Shown: piece after piece, positions 9,414 through 18,980 of the stretch
How positions within the stretch are numbered: position 1 is the stretch's first letter
Layout of the letters: each line of letters begins with the position of its first letter
NCBI GenBank assembly: GCA_022562795.1
Contig: JADFOP010000007.1
Span: 1-64,000 of the forward strand
Reading direction: 5' to 3'
DNA: 64,000 nt
Source of the DNA: Nitrospinota bacterium
GTDB lineage: Bacteria; JADFOP01
Made by a program: the position numbers and the translations under genes
Notes under the pieces: generated by a model
Seen by the model: the letters and a program-made list of their open reading frames with translations, nothing else
Told to the model about the DNA's origin: nothing
Databases searched by the model: none

Positions 9414-10960
9414 AGAGCGCCCCCCTCGCCCAATCGTTCCGCCACCTCCCGGAGGGCCTCGGCCACCATTCGGCGGACCTCCTCTTTCGCAAGCCGGGGC
9501 TCTTCGGGCTCGGGGCGCCCGCCGTTCTCCTCCACGACGAACGAGAGCCCGTCGAAGAGGTTCGTCATCCGGCCGAGAAAGAGGCTCCCCTTACCGATCA
9601 CCATAACCCTTCGGAGGCGACCAGCCAGGATGTGGTCGCGGGCCGGCCCGAGATAGGGCACCCCCGAGGGGATATGGCCCTGCGTGGGGGCATAGCCGGG
9701 AAACCCATGGCGCGCGACGAAGGCGGGGAGGTCTTCCCGAGCAAGCTCGCCCCTCATGACGGCTAAGGCCCCGATTAGCCTTAGGTTGTTGTCGGTCACG
9801 TCCCCGGCCCCGGCCGGCACGGTGACCTCCGGGTTCTGGAGCTCCGGGGCGAACTTATCGACGTCGGCCACTTTAAGTCCGGCCCTACTCAGCGGCTCGG
9901 CGACAATCGCTTCGATGACCTTCTGGGGCGCGGCGGCAAGCCCGATTGTCTGGCGGCCCACCATATCGGTGCGGATCCACGGGCTCACTCCATCGTCGGC
10001 CGAAACCAGAACCGCGAAGGCGCCTAGCACATCTTCGAGCACGGGCAACCCCTTCTTGACGTGGTCCTTGCCGTTCATGCCCAGCTTGGCCACGCTCCCG
10101 CCGCCGACCACGGCCACCGAAGAGAAGACTCCGGCCTTGACGAGGCTCGCCGCCACCACAACCGAATGGACCGGGGCGGCGCAGAAATTGCGCAGGTCCG
10201 AGCCCGTGGCGTTAACGCATCCTGCGAACTCTCCTATTGCCTTGGCGAAGTTCCCCCCGCCTCGCTGGTTCATGTCGCCGCAGGCCTCCTCGGAGCACTC
10301 GATTAGGTATTCCACGCTGGCGGGCTCCACCCCGGCGTTCACAAAGAGTTGACGGAGCACCATGACCGCCGAGGCCTTCGCAACGAGGTTCTCCAAAATC
10401 ACGTGGGCGGTGAGGTTCGGGTCGAACTCGTGAGCCCTCTTGACGCAGCCCACGAGCTTTCCCCCCTGCCGGAGGGCCTCGGCCCTGCCCTCTTCCACCA
10501 GGGCGGCCACGGCCTCAGGCTCCTCACCCTCGCCGAGCCGCTCCAGATCCTCACTGCCAGCCATAGGATGGGACTTCAAAGCATCCCCGACATCGGCGGT
10601 GAAGGCCCGGGTGAGCAGAACGAGATCGAAGGTATCGACAATCTTCATCCAGGCCAAGAGCTTCGCCTCTGGCCAAATCTCCCCGTATTTGCCCGTCCGG
10701 GGGGCCTTGGAGATAGGGTTCTCAAGCCACGGCTTTTGCCCCTCGCCGAGCTCCTCTGGGGTGAGGTTCCCGATGTAGGTCTGGTTCGGCGGATAGGCGA
10801 GGACCTCTTCGTAGGTCCTAAGGGACTTTTCCAAATCCCGGAGGTAGGCGCTGTCCGGATCGAGGCGCCTCTCCACTGTCTGGGTCGATCCGTGGTCTCT
10901 GAGAACAGAGGGGGCGTGGATAAGGCTGTAAGCTGTTCCACGGAGAACGGGGAATGTCAT
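9410..10960 (-). CDS. grdC: glycine/sarcosine/betaine reductase component C subunit beta
   Basis: YPPNQTYIG, ECSEEACGDMNQRGGGNFAK, AKLGMNGKDH, APTQGHIPSG, GKGSLFLGRMTNLFDG. Confidence 0.95.
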   Translation of the reverse strand: MTFPVLRGTAYSLIHAPSVLRDHGSTQTVERRLDPDSAYLRDLEKSLRTYEEVLAYPPNQTYIGNLTPEELGEGQKPWLENPISKAPRTGKYGEIWPEAKLLAWMKIVDTFDLVLLTRAFTADVGDALKSHPMAGSEDLERLGEGEEPEAVAALVEEGRAEALRQGGKLVGCVKRAHEFDPNLTAHVILENLVAKASAVMVLRQLFVNAGVEPASVEYLIECSEEACGDMNQRGGGNFAKAIGEFAGCVNATGSDLRNFCAAPVHSVVVAASLVKAGVFSSVAVVGGGSVAKLGMNGKDHVKKGLPVLEDVLGAFAVLVSADDGVSPWIRTDMVGRQTIGLAAAPQKVIEAIVAEPLSRAGLKVADVDKFAPELQNPEVTVPAGAGDVTDNNLRLIGALAVMRGELAREDLPAFVARHGFPGYAPTQGHIPSGVPYLGPARDHILAGRLRRVMVIGKGSLFLGRMTNLFDGLSFVVEENGGRPEPEEPRLAKEEVRRMVAEALREVAERLGEGGAL

Positions 10961-11004
10961 GGAGAGCTCCTCTGTACCCTTACGGGCCCCAACCTCATCG
11001 TATC

Positions 11005-12351
11005 TCAGGCTGTCTGGCTCACCAATTCACCACCCATCTCGAAGACCGTTTGGACCTCGATGGGCGTCTCGAGCGCCCTTAGGGCCGTCTCCACGAGGCG
11101 GCGACGGAGGGCCCGCTCATCCTCCAGTGACAAGGTAGGGTCGCCCAAGGGGTGAGGGATCGCGATGGCCGGGATGATTCGGTTGGCCCCCACAGTCTTG
11201 GATATGGGAACAATGGAGACGATGTGAGCTACTGGAATCCCAATCCTTTCAATCTCTTTGACTATCGTTGCCCCGCAACGAGCGCAGGTTCCTCACGTGG
11301 AGACGAGGAGGACTGCGTCGACTTCGCCCTCCTCTAGCTCCTTGGCGATTTCCTCGCCGAAACCTTTGGCATTTTTGACCGCCGTGCCGTTGCCCACAGT
11401 GGAGTAGTAGAAAGGATGGATATCCCCGATGATGCCCTCATCCTGGAGCTGACGAATGGTATCTATCGGAAGGACTCGGTCCGGGTCTTCGTTGGCGTAC
11501 CGGTTATCGTACCCCCCGTGCACCGTCTGGTGGCTCTCGCCCGTTAGGTCGTTCACCCCATCTAGGCTGTATCGACCGAACTTCGTGGCGTTGGAAGCCT
11601 CAATACGGTCGGGGTTGCCATGAGGGACGATGCCTCCGGATGTGACCAGCGCCAGCTTGATTGTTGAAAGATCGGTGATGGCCGGTGGAGGATCAATTCG
11701 ATCGAACACAGGCATCGGGTACTCGGTGACGAACGGTTCTCCCCGCATCTTCGCCAGCAGCATATCGACCGCACGCCTCGCCCCCCGCTCGCTTCGCTGG
11801 ATGTTGACTCTCAATCCACGGGGCAGATAACCCTCTTCTTCGGGGCTTCCGAGCGACTCCCCACGGGCGAGCTTGAGCCCCAGGCGCGTCATCGTCGCCA
11901 CCGCCTCGCGCATGCCGGCGGCGGAGTCCTCCGTCGGAACGATATAAGCGCTCTTGCGGTAGAGCTCCTCCCCGGGGTTCTCCTCGTACATCCCCGTCAC
12001 CGCCGGCAGGCCCAACGATTCCACAGCCAGCTCGCAGACGGCCCCGCAGGCCACCCCATATCGGCCCGCGTTGAAGGCGGGCCCGGCGATGAGGAGGTCG
12101 GGGCGAAAGGCCTCAATCAACCCCCTCGCCTCTTCCTGGGCGGCGCAGGCATTGGCCGCAAAGTAGTCGTCGCCGCAGATAACGGTCCCGACGATCTCGG
12201 CGGCCTCTCCGAAGGCCTCCTGGAAGGCGAGGCCGGGGCCTACAAAACCATCCCTGGTAGTGAAACCGACCCCCGCCTGCTCCTCGCCGCCCAGTTGTCC
12301 GAAGAACTGATTGAGGTAGTGCACGACCCGTATTTTCGTGCTCCCGCTCAT
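11005..12351 (-). CDS. grdB: glycine-type reductase selenoprotein B (448 aa, UGA at 11293-11295 read as Sec)
   Basis: VVHYLNQFFGQLGGEE start; reading through TGA gives LVST-U-GTCARCGAT and continues in frame to GANRIIPAIAIPHPLG. Confidence 0.93.
11265..11281 (-). promoter_or_regulatory. candidate SECIS hairpin of grdB
   Basis: TCGTTGC-GGG-GCAACGA 7-bp stem starting 11 nt downstream of the UGA. Confidence 0.65.
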
Positions 12352-12372
12352 TCTACATCCTCCCCTCTGTTC

Positions 12373-12837
12373 TCAGTGCTTGGTTAAATCTCCCCGGATT
12401 CGGCTCACCGTCTCTCCGATCTCCTCTACGGGGAGCACCATCTCCATCATGGCGATCTGCTCCTCGTAGATGGAAGAATCCACGGCAGCCTTAAACTCAG
12501 GCTCCAGGACGTGATAGACGCGGAGCCCCAACTGAGCTCCAGCCAATGGACCCACATAGGTAGGGTCGCCCGCCGTCACCGTCTCGGCGTTGACGGCCAC
12601 GGCCCCACCATCCGCCCCGCCAAGGATGACGACCAGCTTGTCAGCTCCATGCTGCTCAGCGATCTCCTTGATCCGGGCCTGGTTCTCTAGGTCCATCGTC
12701 CCAGCAGCCGTTCAGACGAAACACTCGGTGGCTGAGAAAACCACCTCGGCGCCGGCGCCTTTAACACACGCCTCGATGGCGGGCGCCGGTATGCCATCTC
12801 GATCACCGATGACGATGACCTTTCTCTCGTTGAACAT
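12373..12837 (-). CDS. grdA: glycine-type reductase selenoprotein A (154 aa, UGA at 12712-12714 read as Sec)
   Basis: GDRDGIP...[17 protein letters not shown]...[25 protein letters not shown] before ATG 12837. Confidence 0.95.
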
Positions 12838-12868
12838 GGACCCTCCTTTCATCTGCAAGCTCTCTCCA

Positions 12869-14158
12869 TCACATGCCGATCGCCGAGAGCCGTTCGTATC
12901 CCAAGATGTTTGTAGCCCCCACGATGGCCTGCAGCTCCACCGTGATTGAGCCGTCATCCGCCAAGCAACCTGCATATCCGCCAGCCAAAACGTCTGCGCT
13001 CTCTATATGCCCGATTATCCGCTTCATGGGAGGCAGGGTGATCGTCGCATTTGCGTTTCCGGACGAGACCACCGCATCGGCCAGTTTGCTGGCATCGACA
13101 AGGCTCTGAGAGGCGCCGTCGCGGCCAGCGAACTCATCGGTCATCAAGACCGTCCTGATGCCCCGCTGCTCAACCTTATTGCAAATCATAATGAGGTCGG
13201 TGTCGGGGTTGCCAAAGCCCTCTTCAGAGATGATGGCGCCGTCGACGCCGAGCATCCCAACGAGCTTGGCCGCATAGTCGCTGGAGCGCTCCTTATCGGC
13301 GAGGGTGACGTTCTCGTTGGTTATGATCACGCCCACAAAGTTGAGCTCCTCGCCATGGCGCTCGTAGAGCTCCTCGATGACCGGGTTGTTCAGGTGGTGA
13401 TAGGTCGTATTCTTGTCACAGGCCGACACGCAGTTGCCGCTGACTATGGCTCCGTCCATGGCCTCCGTCGGGCTTATTATGCTCGGCAAAATGGTCTTCG
13501 CATCGACGCCGTATACGTAGGTATCGTGAAGGAGCCCCTGGCTCTGGAGCATGTAGACGAAGGCGACCTTTGGGAGCCCAGGAAAAGCCGTCAGGGCCTC
13601 AGACAAAGCAGGCGCTTCGTAGCCGGCCACCTCGTCTGGAGAAACTTCGCGCGCGGCCTCGCCCAGGTAAGCCGCCGCCCTGAGGCCCGCCAGCCGAACG
13701 GCCGTCTCTTTTTCGCTGGGCGCGATATCGTCCTTGAAATCGAACAGCAGGACGATGTTGTGGAGTTTCGAGAAAGAGGAGAGTTCCGCCCCAGGGCCCT
13801 CCATGTCGATGATGCCTTCCTGGAAGGCGATGATTTGACTTACAGTGACAACAGCGCAACCCTTTAGGGCCAGGGTCCTGCCGCTTCCTACGGTCTGAAC
13901 CCCCGAGACGAAGCCCGGGAAGACCCCTCCGGGTCCGTCCACCTTCACCCTGGGTTCGATTACATCTTTAACCGGCATGATGCGGGTGGACTCCCCCGGG
14001 TGGGCGAGCTCGACTCCGACGCCGAGGATGCGGTTGTCGTCCCCTTGAGCCTGGCGGCAGAGCTCTTCCCGGTCGATGATGAGCGTCCCGCCGATCACCT
14101 GAGTGTTGTCACCAAACTGGACATCTCGGATGTAAACCTTTCCTACCTCTAAGCGCAT
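12869..14158 (-). CDS. grdE: glycine-type reductase component B alpha/beta proprotein
   Basis: MRLE..., [38 protein letters not shown] cleavage region, [11 protein letters not shown]. Confidence 0.92.
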   Translation of the reverse strand: MRLEVGKVYIRDVQFGDNTQVIGGTLIIDREELCRQAQGDDNRILGVGVELAHPGESTRIMPVKDVIEPRVKVDGPGGVFPGFVSGVQTVGSGRTLALKGCAVVTVSQIIAFQEGIIDMEGPGAELSSFSKLHNIVLLFDFKDDIAPSEKETAVRLAGLRAAAYLGEAAREVSPDEVAGYEAPALSEALTAFPGLPKVAFVYMLQSQGLLHDTYVYGVDAKTILPSIISPTEAMDGAIVSGNCVSACDKNTTYHHLNNPVIEELYERHGEELNFVGVIITNENVTLADKERSSDYAAKLVGMLGVDGAIISEEGFGNPDTDLIMICNKVEQRGIRTVLMTDEFAGRDGASQSLVDASKLADAVVSSGNANATITLPPMKRIIGHIESADVLAGGYAGCLADDGSITVELQAIVGATNILGYERLSAIGM

Positions 14159-14547
14159 GGATTGTCTCTCCCATTTGAAGTGGAATGAGAAGGGTGGAGG
14201 CGTCGAATGCCTGTTGAAAGGAGCTCGAAATCTATTGCCTGAAGGCCTGCCGTCACCCGCTCAGGCGGGGACGGCGGGGGTCCGAAACCCCGGAGCGCCT
14301 CCAGAGCGTTCTCGAGCATCGTAATGGAGGTGGGTTCTCCGTCGCCACCAGGGCGAGCGCTGAGGACGAAGGAGCGGAAAAAGGCCTGACTCGGCCTAAG
14401 GTTTCCGAGCTTTGGGTGGAGAAGAAAGCGGTGCCCCTTATGGACGGCGTCCCTGACGACCTCCAAGACGTTCATGGGCGGTCCCTCGAGCAGGCGGGCC
14501 TCGGGGTAGTGTTGGAGGACAAGAGGGTTGTTAGTGAAGATCCGCAC
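14149..14547 (-). CDS. grdX: GrdX family protein
   Basis: IFTNNPLV...VRDAVHKGHRFLLHP.LGNLRP...IDFELL pattern; overlaps grdE start. Confidence 0.8.
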   Translation of the reverse strand: MRIFTNNPLVLQHYPEARLLEGPPMNVLEVVRDAVHKGHRFLLHPKLGNLRPSQAFFRSFVLSARPGGDGEPTSITMLENALEALRGFGPPPSPPERVTAGLQAIDFELLSTGIRRLHPSHSTSNGRDNPCA

Positions 14548-14600
14548 GGTTACCGCCGGAAAGGTTTCCAGGAAAAAGGCGCACCGGTTTGTAAGCGCGG

Positions 14601-14984
14601 TTACTCCTCTTCGATAAGGCTCTTGTACTGCTCAGCCGTCATCAGGTTTTTCAATTCGGCGTCATCGGCGATAGCAACCGCTATCATCCAGCCCCCGCCG
14701 TAGGGGTCGCTGTTAACGAGCTCCGGCCCATCCTCCAGAGCCCCATTGACTTCCAGAACCTCGCCCGAGATTGGCGCGTGTAGGTCGTTGACCGCCTTGA
14801 GCGATTCAACCACCCCAAACGAATTCCCTTCCTCGACATTATCGCCGAGCGCGGGAAGCTCAACATAGATAATCTCTCCGAGCTGGTCTTGAGCGTAGGC
14901 TGTAATCCCAACGAAACACTTTCCATTTCGATCCCGTGCCCATGTGTGTTCCTGGCTATAGAGCAGTTTTCCGGGAATTTCCAC
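14601..14984 (-). CDS. gcvH: glycine cleavage system H protein (lipoyl carrier)
   Basis: VGITAYAQDQLG, VVESLKAV with lipoyl Lys, LVNSDPYGGGW. Confidence 0.95.
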   Translation of the reverse strand: MEIPGKLLYSQEHTWARDRNGKCFVGITAYAQDQLGEIIYVELPALGDNVEEGNSFGVVESLKAVNDLHAPISGEVLEVNGALEDGPELVNSDPYGGGWMIAVAIADDAELKNLMTAEQYKSLIEEE

Positions 14985-15002
14985 TTAAGCGTAATTTTTC
15001 AC

Positions 15003-15566
15003 CTACTTTATCCAACGGAGCATAGTCTTGAAATCATCCGTGCCGACCCGCTCCAACATTTCGAAACAAACCATCTCGGTGGACTTGATTAGAGCCCCGG
15101 CTTGCCGGGCCAGAGCGATGCCGGCTTTACAGTCCTCCTCTCGCCGGGAGATTACGGCATCCTCCACCACATGGCAGACGTAACCTCGATGAATCAGATC
15201 GAGGGCCGTCTGGAGCACGCAGACATGGGCCTCCGCTCCAAGGACCACGAGGTCGGTGGCGCCGGTCTGTGAGATCGCCTCCAGCGTGGGAGCGTCTATC
15301 CCCGCCGAGAAGGTATCCTTGACCAAGGGCTCGTAGACGGGCAATGCCTCTGAGACGGTCTCCTCGGTTGGGCCGAGCCCCTGAGGGTACTGCTCGGTGA
15401 CGAGGATCGGTACGTTGAAAGTCTTGGCCAAGGCGATGAGCTTATGGACGTTGACCAGGCGCTCCTTGAGAAGCTGTTGGTCCATGGCTTTGATGAGGTT
15501 CGCCTGAAAATCGATGATAATGAAGGCGCTTCGCTCGGAAGATATGATAAAGGGGTGACGGTCCAT
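15003..15566 (-). CDS. isochorismatase-family (YcaC-like) cysteine hydrolase
   Basis: IIDFQ, TEQYPQGLGPT, K..FS, GAEAHVCVLQTALD. Confidence 0.88.
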   Translation of the reverse strand: MDRHPFIISSERSAFIIIDFQANLIKAMDQQLLKERLVNVHKLIALAKTFNVPILVTEQYPQGLGPTEETVSEALPVYEPLVKDTFSAGIDAPTLEAISQTGATDLVVLGAEAHVCVLQTALDLIHRGYVCHVVEDAVISRREEDCKAGIALARQAGALIKSTEMVCFEMLERVGTDDFKTMLRWIK

Positions 15567-15624
15567 GGACGGCGGGTCCCCCTCAGGGATTAGGGCTGGC
15601 GTCGGCGTTCCAGGCGAGGCAGGG

Positions 15625-15677
15625 ATGAGAAGCTCTTTTCTTCTCATAAATGTATCTCCTCCTCCGGGATCTGTCAA
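15625..15677 (-). promoter_or_regulatory. promoter of the hydrolase-gcvH-grd operon with overlapping inverted repeat
   Basis: TTGACA(15677-72)-17 nt-TACATT(15654-49), then ATGAGAAG-N7-CTTCTCAT (15625-15647). Confidence 0.6.
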
Positions 15678-15699
15678 CTGGTTTTTTCGTCCTCCGGCC

Positions 15700-17820
15700 C
15701 TAGGATGACCCGCTTGGGGGAGGGAGAACCACCACGTGGTCGCAGACCGACGCGACCGCCTCGTGGTGAGTGAAAAGAATGACCTGGCGCTGCTGGGCGA
15801 TGGAGGAGAGCAGCTTCATGGTAGCCCCGAGGCGCCTTTCATCAAAGGAGCCGAACGGCTCATCGAGCAGCAGCGGTGTCCGCTTATTGCCCGCCAATAG
15901 CTCCGTCAGCGTCAGGCGGGCAGCCAAGAGAAGCTGCTCGGCCGCGCCGAAACTAAGCTCCTGGGACCTCACGAAATCCTCCCGCTCGGGACCCAGCACT
16001 TCGAGGGCCGACAGGGTCGTCCCCAACCTGACCTCCGTATATCTCCCCACGCTCATTTTGGACACATAACGGCCGAGAATCTCCTGAAACCGTTTCGCGG
16101 CTGGCCCTATCGCCGCCTGGCGAGACTCCTCCAGGGCGGTTTTGGCCAACTCTCGCACCTGAAGGCTCCTTCGGTGACGATTGAACTCGCGTTCGGCCGC
16201 ATCAATGGCCTCCTCCAACTCGGCCAGGCCTTCGGACTGATCGAATGAGATCTCGAGTATCGTCATCAGGCGGTCAACCTGCTTCGTGAGCTTGTCCCGA
16301 CTGACAGCGAGTTTCTCAGATTCCATCCCAATTTCCGCAAATTTTTCCGGATCGAGGGCCGGCCCGCCGAAGCGCTCCTCACTCAATCGCTCCTCTAAAA
16401 CGGCCATCTTCCGTAGAAGCTCACTCCGCTCCGCCCCTAGGGCCTCCGCAGACCGTCCTCCGAGCAAACCTTCGCGTTCGCTGAGAAGTCTCTCCCGCTC
16501 ATCCCTGATGCGGGCCGCCTTCTCGGCCCGGCGGAGAGTCTCTTCGGGCGAGGTCACTCCCGCCCGGTGCGAGAGCTCGCCGAGCCTCTCTTCCACCTCC
16601 TCCAGCTCCGCCTCTCGCCTGGTCGCCTCAGCCCGACGGTCACCTAGCACCCGCCTTGCCACTGCTCTGCGGTACCAGAGCCAGGTGGCGACGGCCAGGG
16701 CAACGGCCCCCAGAACCGTTGCCCCTAGTTTCAGCCAAGGGCTCACCATGCTCGGAGCCAGCAGAGCAGCGATGCCTAAAACTCCCAAAAGCGCCTGGCC
16801 CCAGAGGCTCGGAACGGGCGTATCCTTGAGGGCTTTCCGGGCCTCTTTAAGCGAGGTGGTAAGGATGTCGCGACGTTCCAGCGCCCCCCGTAGCGCCGTG
16901 AGGCCTCCGGCCTCAAGAAGGGCAGCCGAGCCGAGCCCCTCGAGGGCCTTATCGGCCTCCCGGACTCCCTGGGCGTTTTTCTCAAAAGCCCAATGCCGCC
17001 TTTCGATTTCAGAATACCGCTCTTTGTGCTCATTAAGAGAGTCCTGGAGCTTCCGACGTTCGGTCTCAACGGCCAGCAGGGACTGCTTCGCATCGAGGGC
17101 GCCTGCAACCTCCAAGAGCTCCCGTTCGGCGGCCTTCAGGGCTCTTTGGTCCGAAACCCTCTGGGCGTAGATCAAAGCCACCTCTCTGTATCGCCCCTGG
17201 AGGCTTGCCAGCCGCTCCTCGGCCGCCTTAATCGGGCCGGGGGTCTTATAGGCCTTATCCTTCAGGCCTATAGTTAAGTTCTGAATATTCTTGTCGAGGA
17301 GCTCGATGGCCCGTTCTGCGCCGCCTCCTTCTCCTCCGCCGGTCATCGCATTAGCCAATGCCTCCTCCAGGGCCTTTCGACCCTTTCCTCGCTCCGGCAG
17401 GACGAGCTGGCCCTGGGCCACAGCGGCCGATGCGGCGAAGACCTCTGGGGTCTTCATGCCGAGGAGATCCTCGATTTGGCCGAGGGCCGACTTGGCATCC
17501 CGCCATACCTTTCCCGTCGGCTGCTCTTCGAGGAGGATCTCCTTGCTGTGGAAATCCTTCCAGAGCCGATAGTTGAGATCGCCTGAGCGGAAATGGAGTC
17601 GGATGGCGAAGGGCCTCTCGTCGCCCCAGGCGTAAAGCGAACGGACCTCCTCCCGCGAACTCTTTGGGTCCCAGAATAGGGCTGCCTCCAAGGATTTAAA
17701 GATGGTGGATTTGCCCGACTCGTTTGGGCCCACGACGGCGTTGAGCCCCGGCCCGAAGTTGCAGGCAAAGCGTGGGGAGAAGCGCCGCACCCTCTCCAGC
17801 TCCAGCCGCTCCAGAATCAC
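15700..17820 (-). CDS. SbcC/Rad50-like (YhaN-type) ATPase with central hydrophobic hairpin
   Basis: Walker A GPNESGKST, coiled coil, signature LSFGAAEQ, Walker B LLLDEPF, H-loop FTHH. Confidence 0.85.
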   Translation of the reverse strand: MILERLELERVRRFSPRFACNFGPGLNAVVGPNESGKSTIFKSLEAALFWDPKSSREEVRSLYAWGDERPFAIRLHFRSGDLNYRLWKDFHSKEILLEEQPTGKVWRDAKSALGQIEDLLGMKTPEVFAASAAVAQGQLVLPERGKGRKALEEALANAMTGGGEGGGAERAIELLDKNIQNLTIGLKDKAYKTPGPIKAAEERLASLQGRYREVALIYAQRVSDQRALKAAERELLEVAGALDAKQSLLAVETERRKLQDSLNEHKERYSEIERRHWAFEKNAQGVREADKALEGLGSAALLEAGGLTALRGALERRDILTTSLKEARKALKDTPVPSLWGQALLGVLGIAALLAPSMVSPWLKLGATVLGAVALAVATWLWYRRAVARRVLGDRRAEATRREAELEEVEERLGELSHRAGVTSPEETLRRAEKAARIRDERERLLSEREGLLGGRSAEALGAERSELLRKMAVLEERLSEERFGGPALDPEKFAEIGMESEKLAVSRDKLTKQVDRLMTILEISFDQSEGLAELEEAIDAAEREFNRHRRSLQVRELAKTALEESRQAAIGPAAKRFQEILGRYVSKMSVGRYTEVRLGTTLSALEVLGPEREDFVRSQELSFGAAEQLLLAARLTLTELLAGNKRTPLLLDEPFGSFDERRLGATMKLLSSIAQQRQVILFTHHEAVASVCDHVVVLPPPSGSS

Positions 17821-18968
17821 TCCAGTACCCCCTCTCGCCCATCGAGCAAGGCCAGGCCTACCTGTAACGCCTCCTCCACGACACGCCGCTCATCATCGCC
17901 TTTGGCTGAGCCGAGGCGCTTTGCCATGAACCGGACGAATCGGCCGGCCACCGTGGCCTCAGGATGGCGGTCGAGCGCCTCCGCCTCAAGGCGAGAATGC
18001 GCGCCATCCGTTATGCGCAAAAAGTAGAAATGGGGCGCAAGGACCTCCTCCATCTCTTCGAGCGTGTGGGTCGTCCAGGAGCAATCGAGGGGTTTCAGAC
18101 CAATGAGCCTGACGTCGAGCATGCTGTCCGGGTCGGCCAGGCTGCGAATGGCCGCCTCAAGAGTTGAAGCCTCGGGATGCTCCTCAATCGACAGGGTGAG
18201 GTTTTCGGTCCGACACCGGCCCACTTCTAGGGACTCGACGACAGTCTCTTGCTCATTGATGGTGACCAGGAGCACCCGACCGGCCCCGGCATCTTTGGGA
18301 TACAGCACCTCCGGGGAGCCGCAATACCAGGCGGTTACCCCGCCCCGGGAGTAGTCGGCCGGTTTATGCCAGTGGCCCAACGCCAGGTAGTTGAGGCCGC
18401 TCGAGGCAATCTCCCCCGGTGCGATTGGGAAGTCGCCCTCCCCAAGCAGGTCGCCAAGCGCCACCGAGCCGTGGGCCACGCCGACGACGAGCCCCTCTCG
18501 CCCCTTACCATTCACCCCTCTCATAGGACTCTCCGGCGAGGCGTTGGTCGTGTTGGGCCGGGCAATGAGGGTCAGCCCTAAAGCGGGAATCATCCGCTCC
18601 ACCACTTCCTCACCGATGAGGAGCTGGAGCCCCGGGACTTTCTCTTCAAAGGGCACAAGCCGCCAAATCGAGTCGGGCCCATCGTGGTCGTGAGTTCCGG
18701 GGGCCAGGGCTACGGTAATCCCCGCCTCTCCCAGACGTCTAAGCTCCGCCAGGGCTAGCTCCACGCTGCCCTTAGACGGGGCCGCCGAGTCGAAGAGGTC
18801 TCCCGCCACAAGAAAGAGATCCACCCGGCGCGACAGCGCCTCCTCCGCCATTCGCTTAAAGGTCTCCGAAACCTGGCGCCGGTGGTCTTTGCCCCTGGGC
18901 CCCAGGTAGGGGAAGGACGCCCCCAGGTGGACATCCGCCGTGTGGAGCAGGGTTATGGGTCGGCCCAT
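17817..18968 (-). CDS. SbcD/Mre11-like (YhaO-type) metallophosphoesterase nuclease
   Basis: HTADVHLG, AGDLFD, PGTHD, LALGHWH, YCGSPE. Confidence 0.9.
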   Translation of the reverse strand: MGRPITLLHTADVHLGASFPYLGPRGKDHRRQVSETFKRMAEEALSRRVDLFLVAGDLFDSAAPSKGSVELALAELRRLGEAGITVALAPGTHDHDGPDSIWRLVPFEEKVPGLQLLIGEEVVERMIPALGLTLIARPNTTNASPESPMRGVNGKGREGLVVGVAHGSVALGDLLGEGDFPIAPGEIASSGLNYLALGHWHKPADYSRGGVTAWYCGSPEVLYPKDAGAGRVLLVTINEQETVVESLEVGRCRTENLTLSIEEHPEASTLEAAIRSLADPDSMLDVRLIGLKPLDCSWTTHTLEEMEEVLAPHFYFLRITDGAHSRLEAEALDRHPEATVAGRFVRFMAKRLGSAKGDDERRVVEEALQVGLALLDGREGVLE

Positions 18969-18980
18969 CTTTCTATCCCC

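Noticed and set aside
11005-12975. grdA and grdB as pseudogenes or four separate ORFs
   Set aside because: Each break is a single in-frame TGA exactly at the conserved Sec position, with intact sequence on both sides
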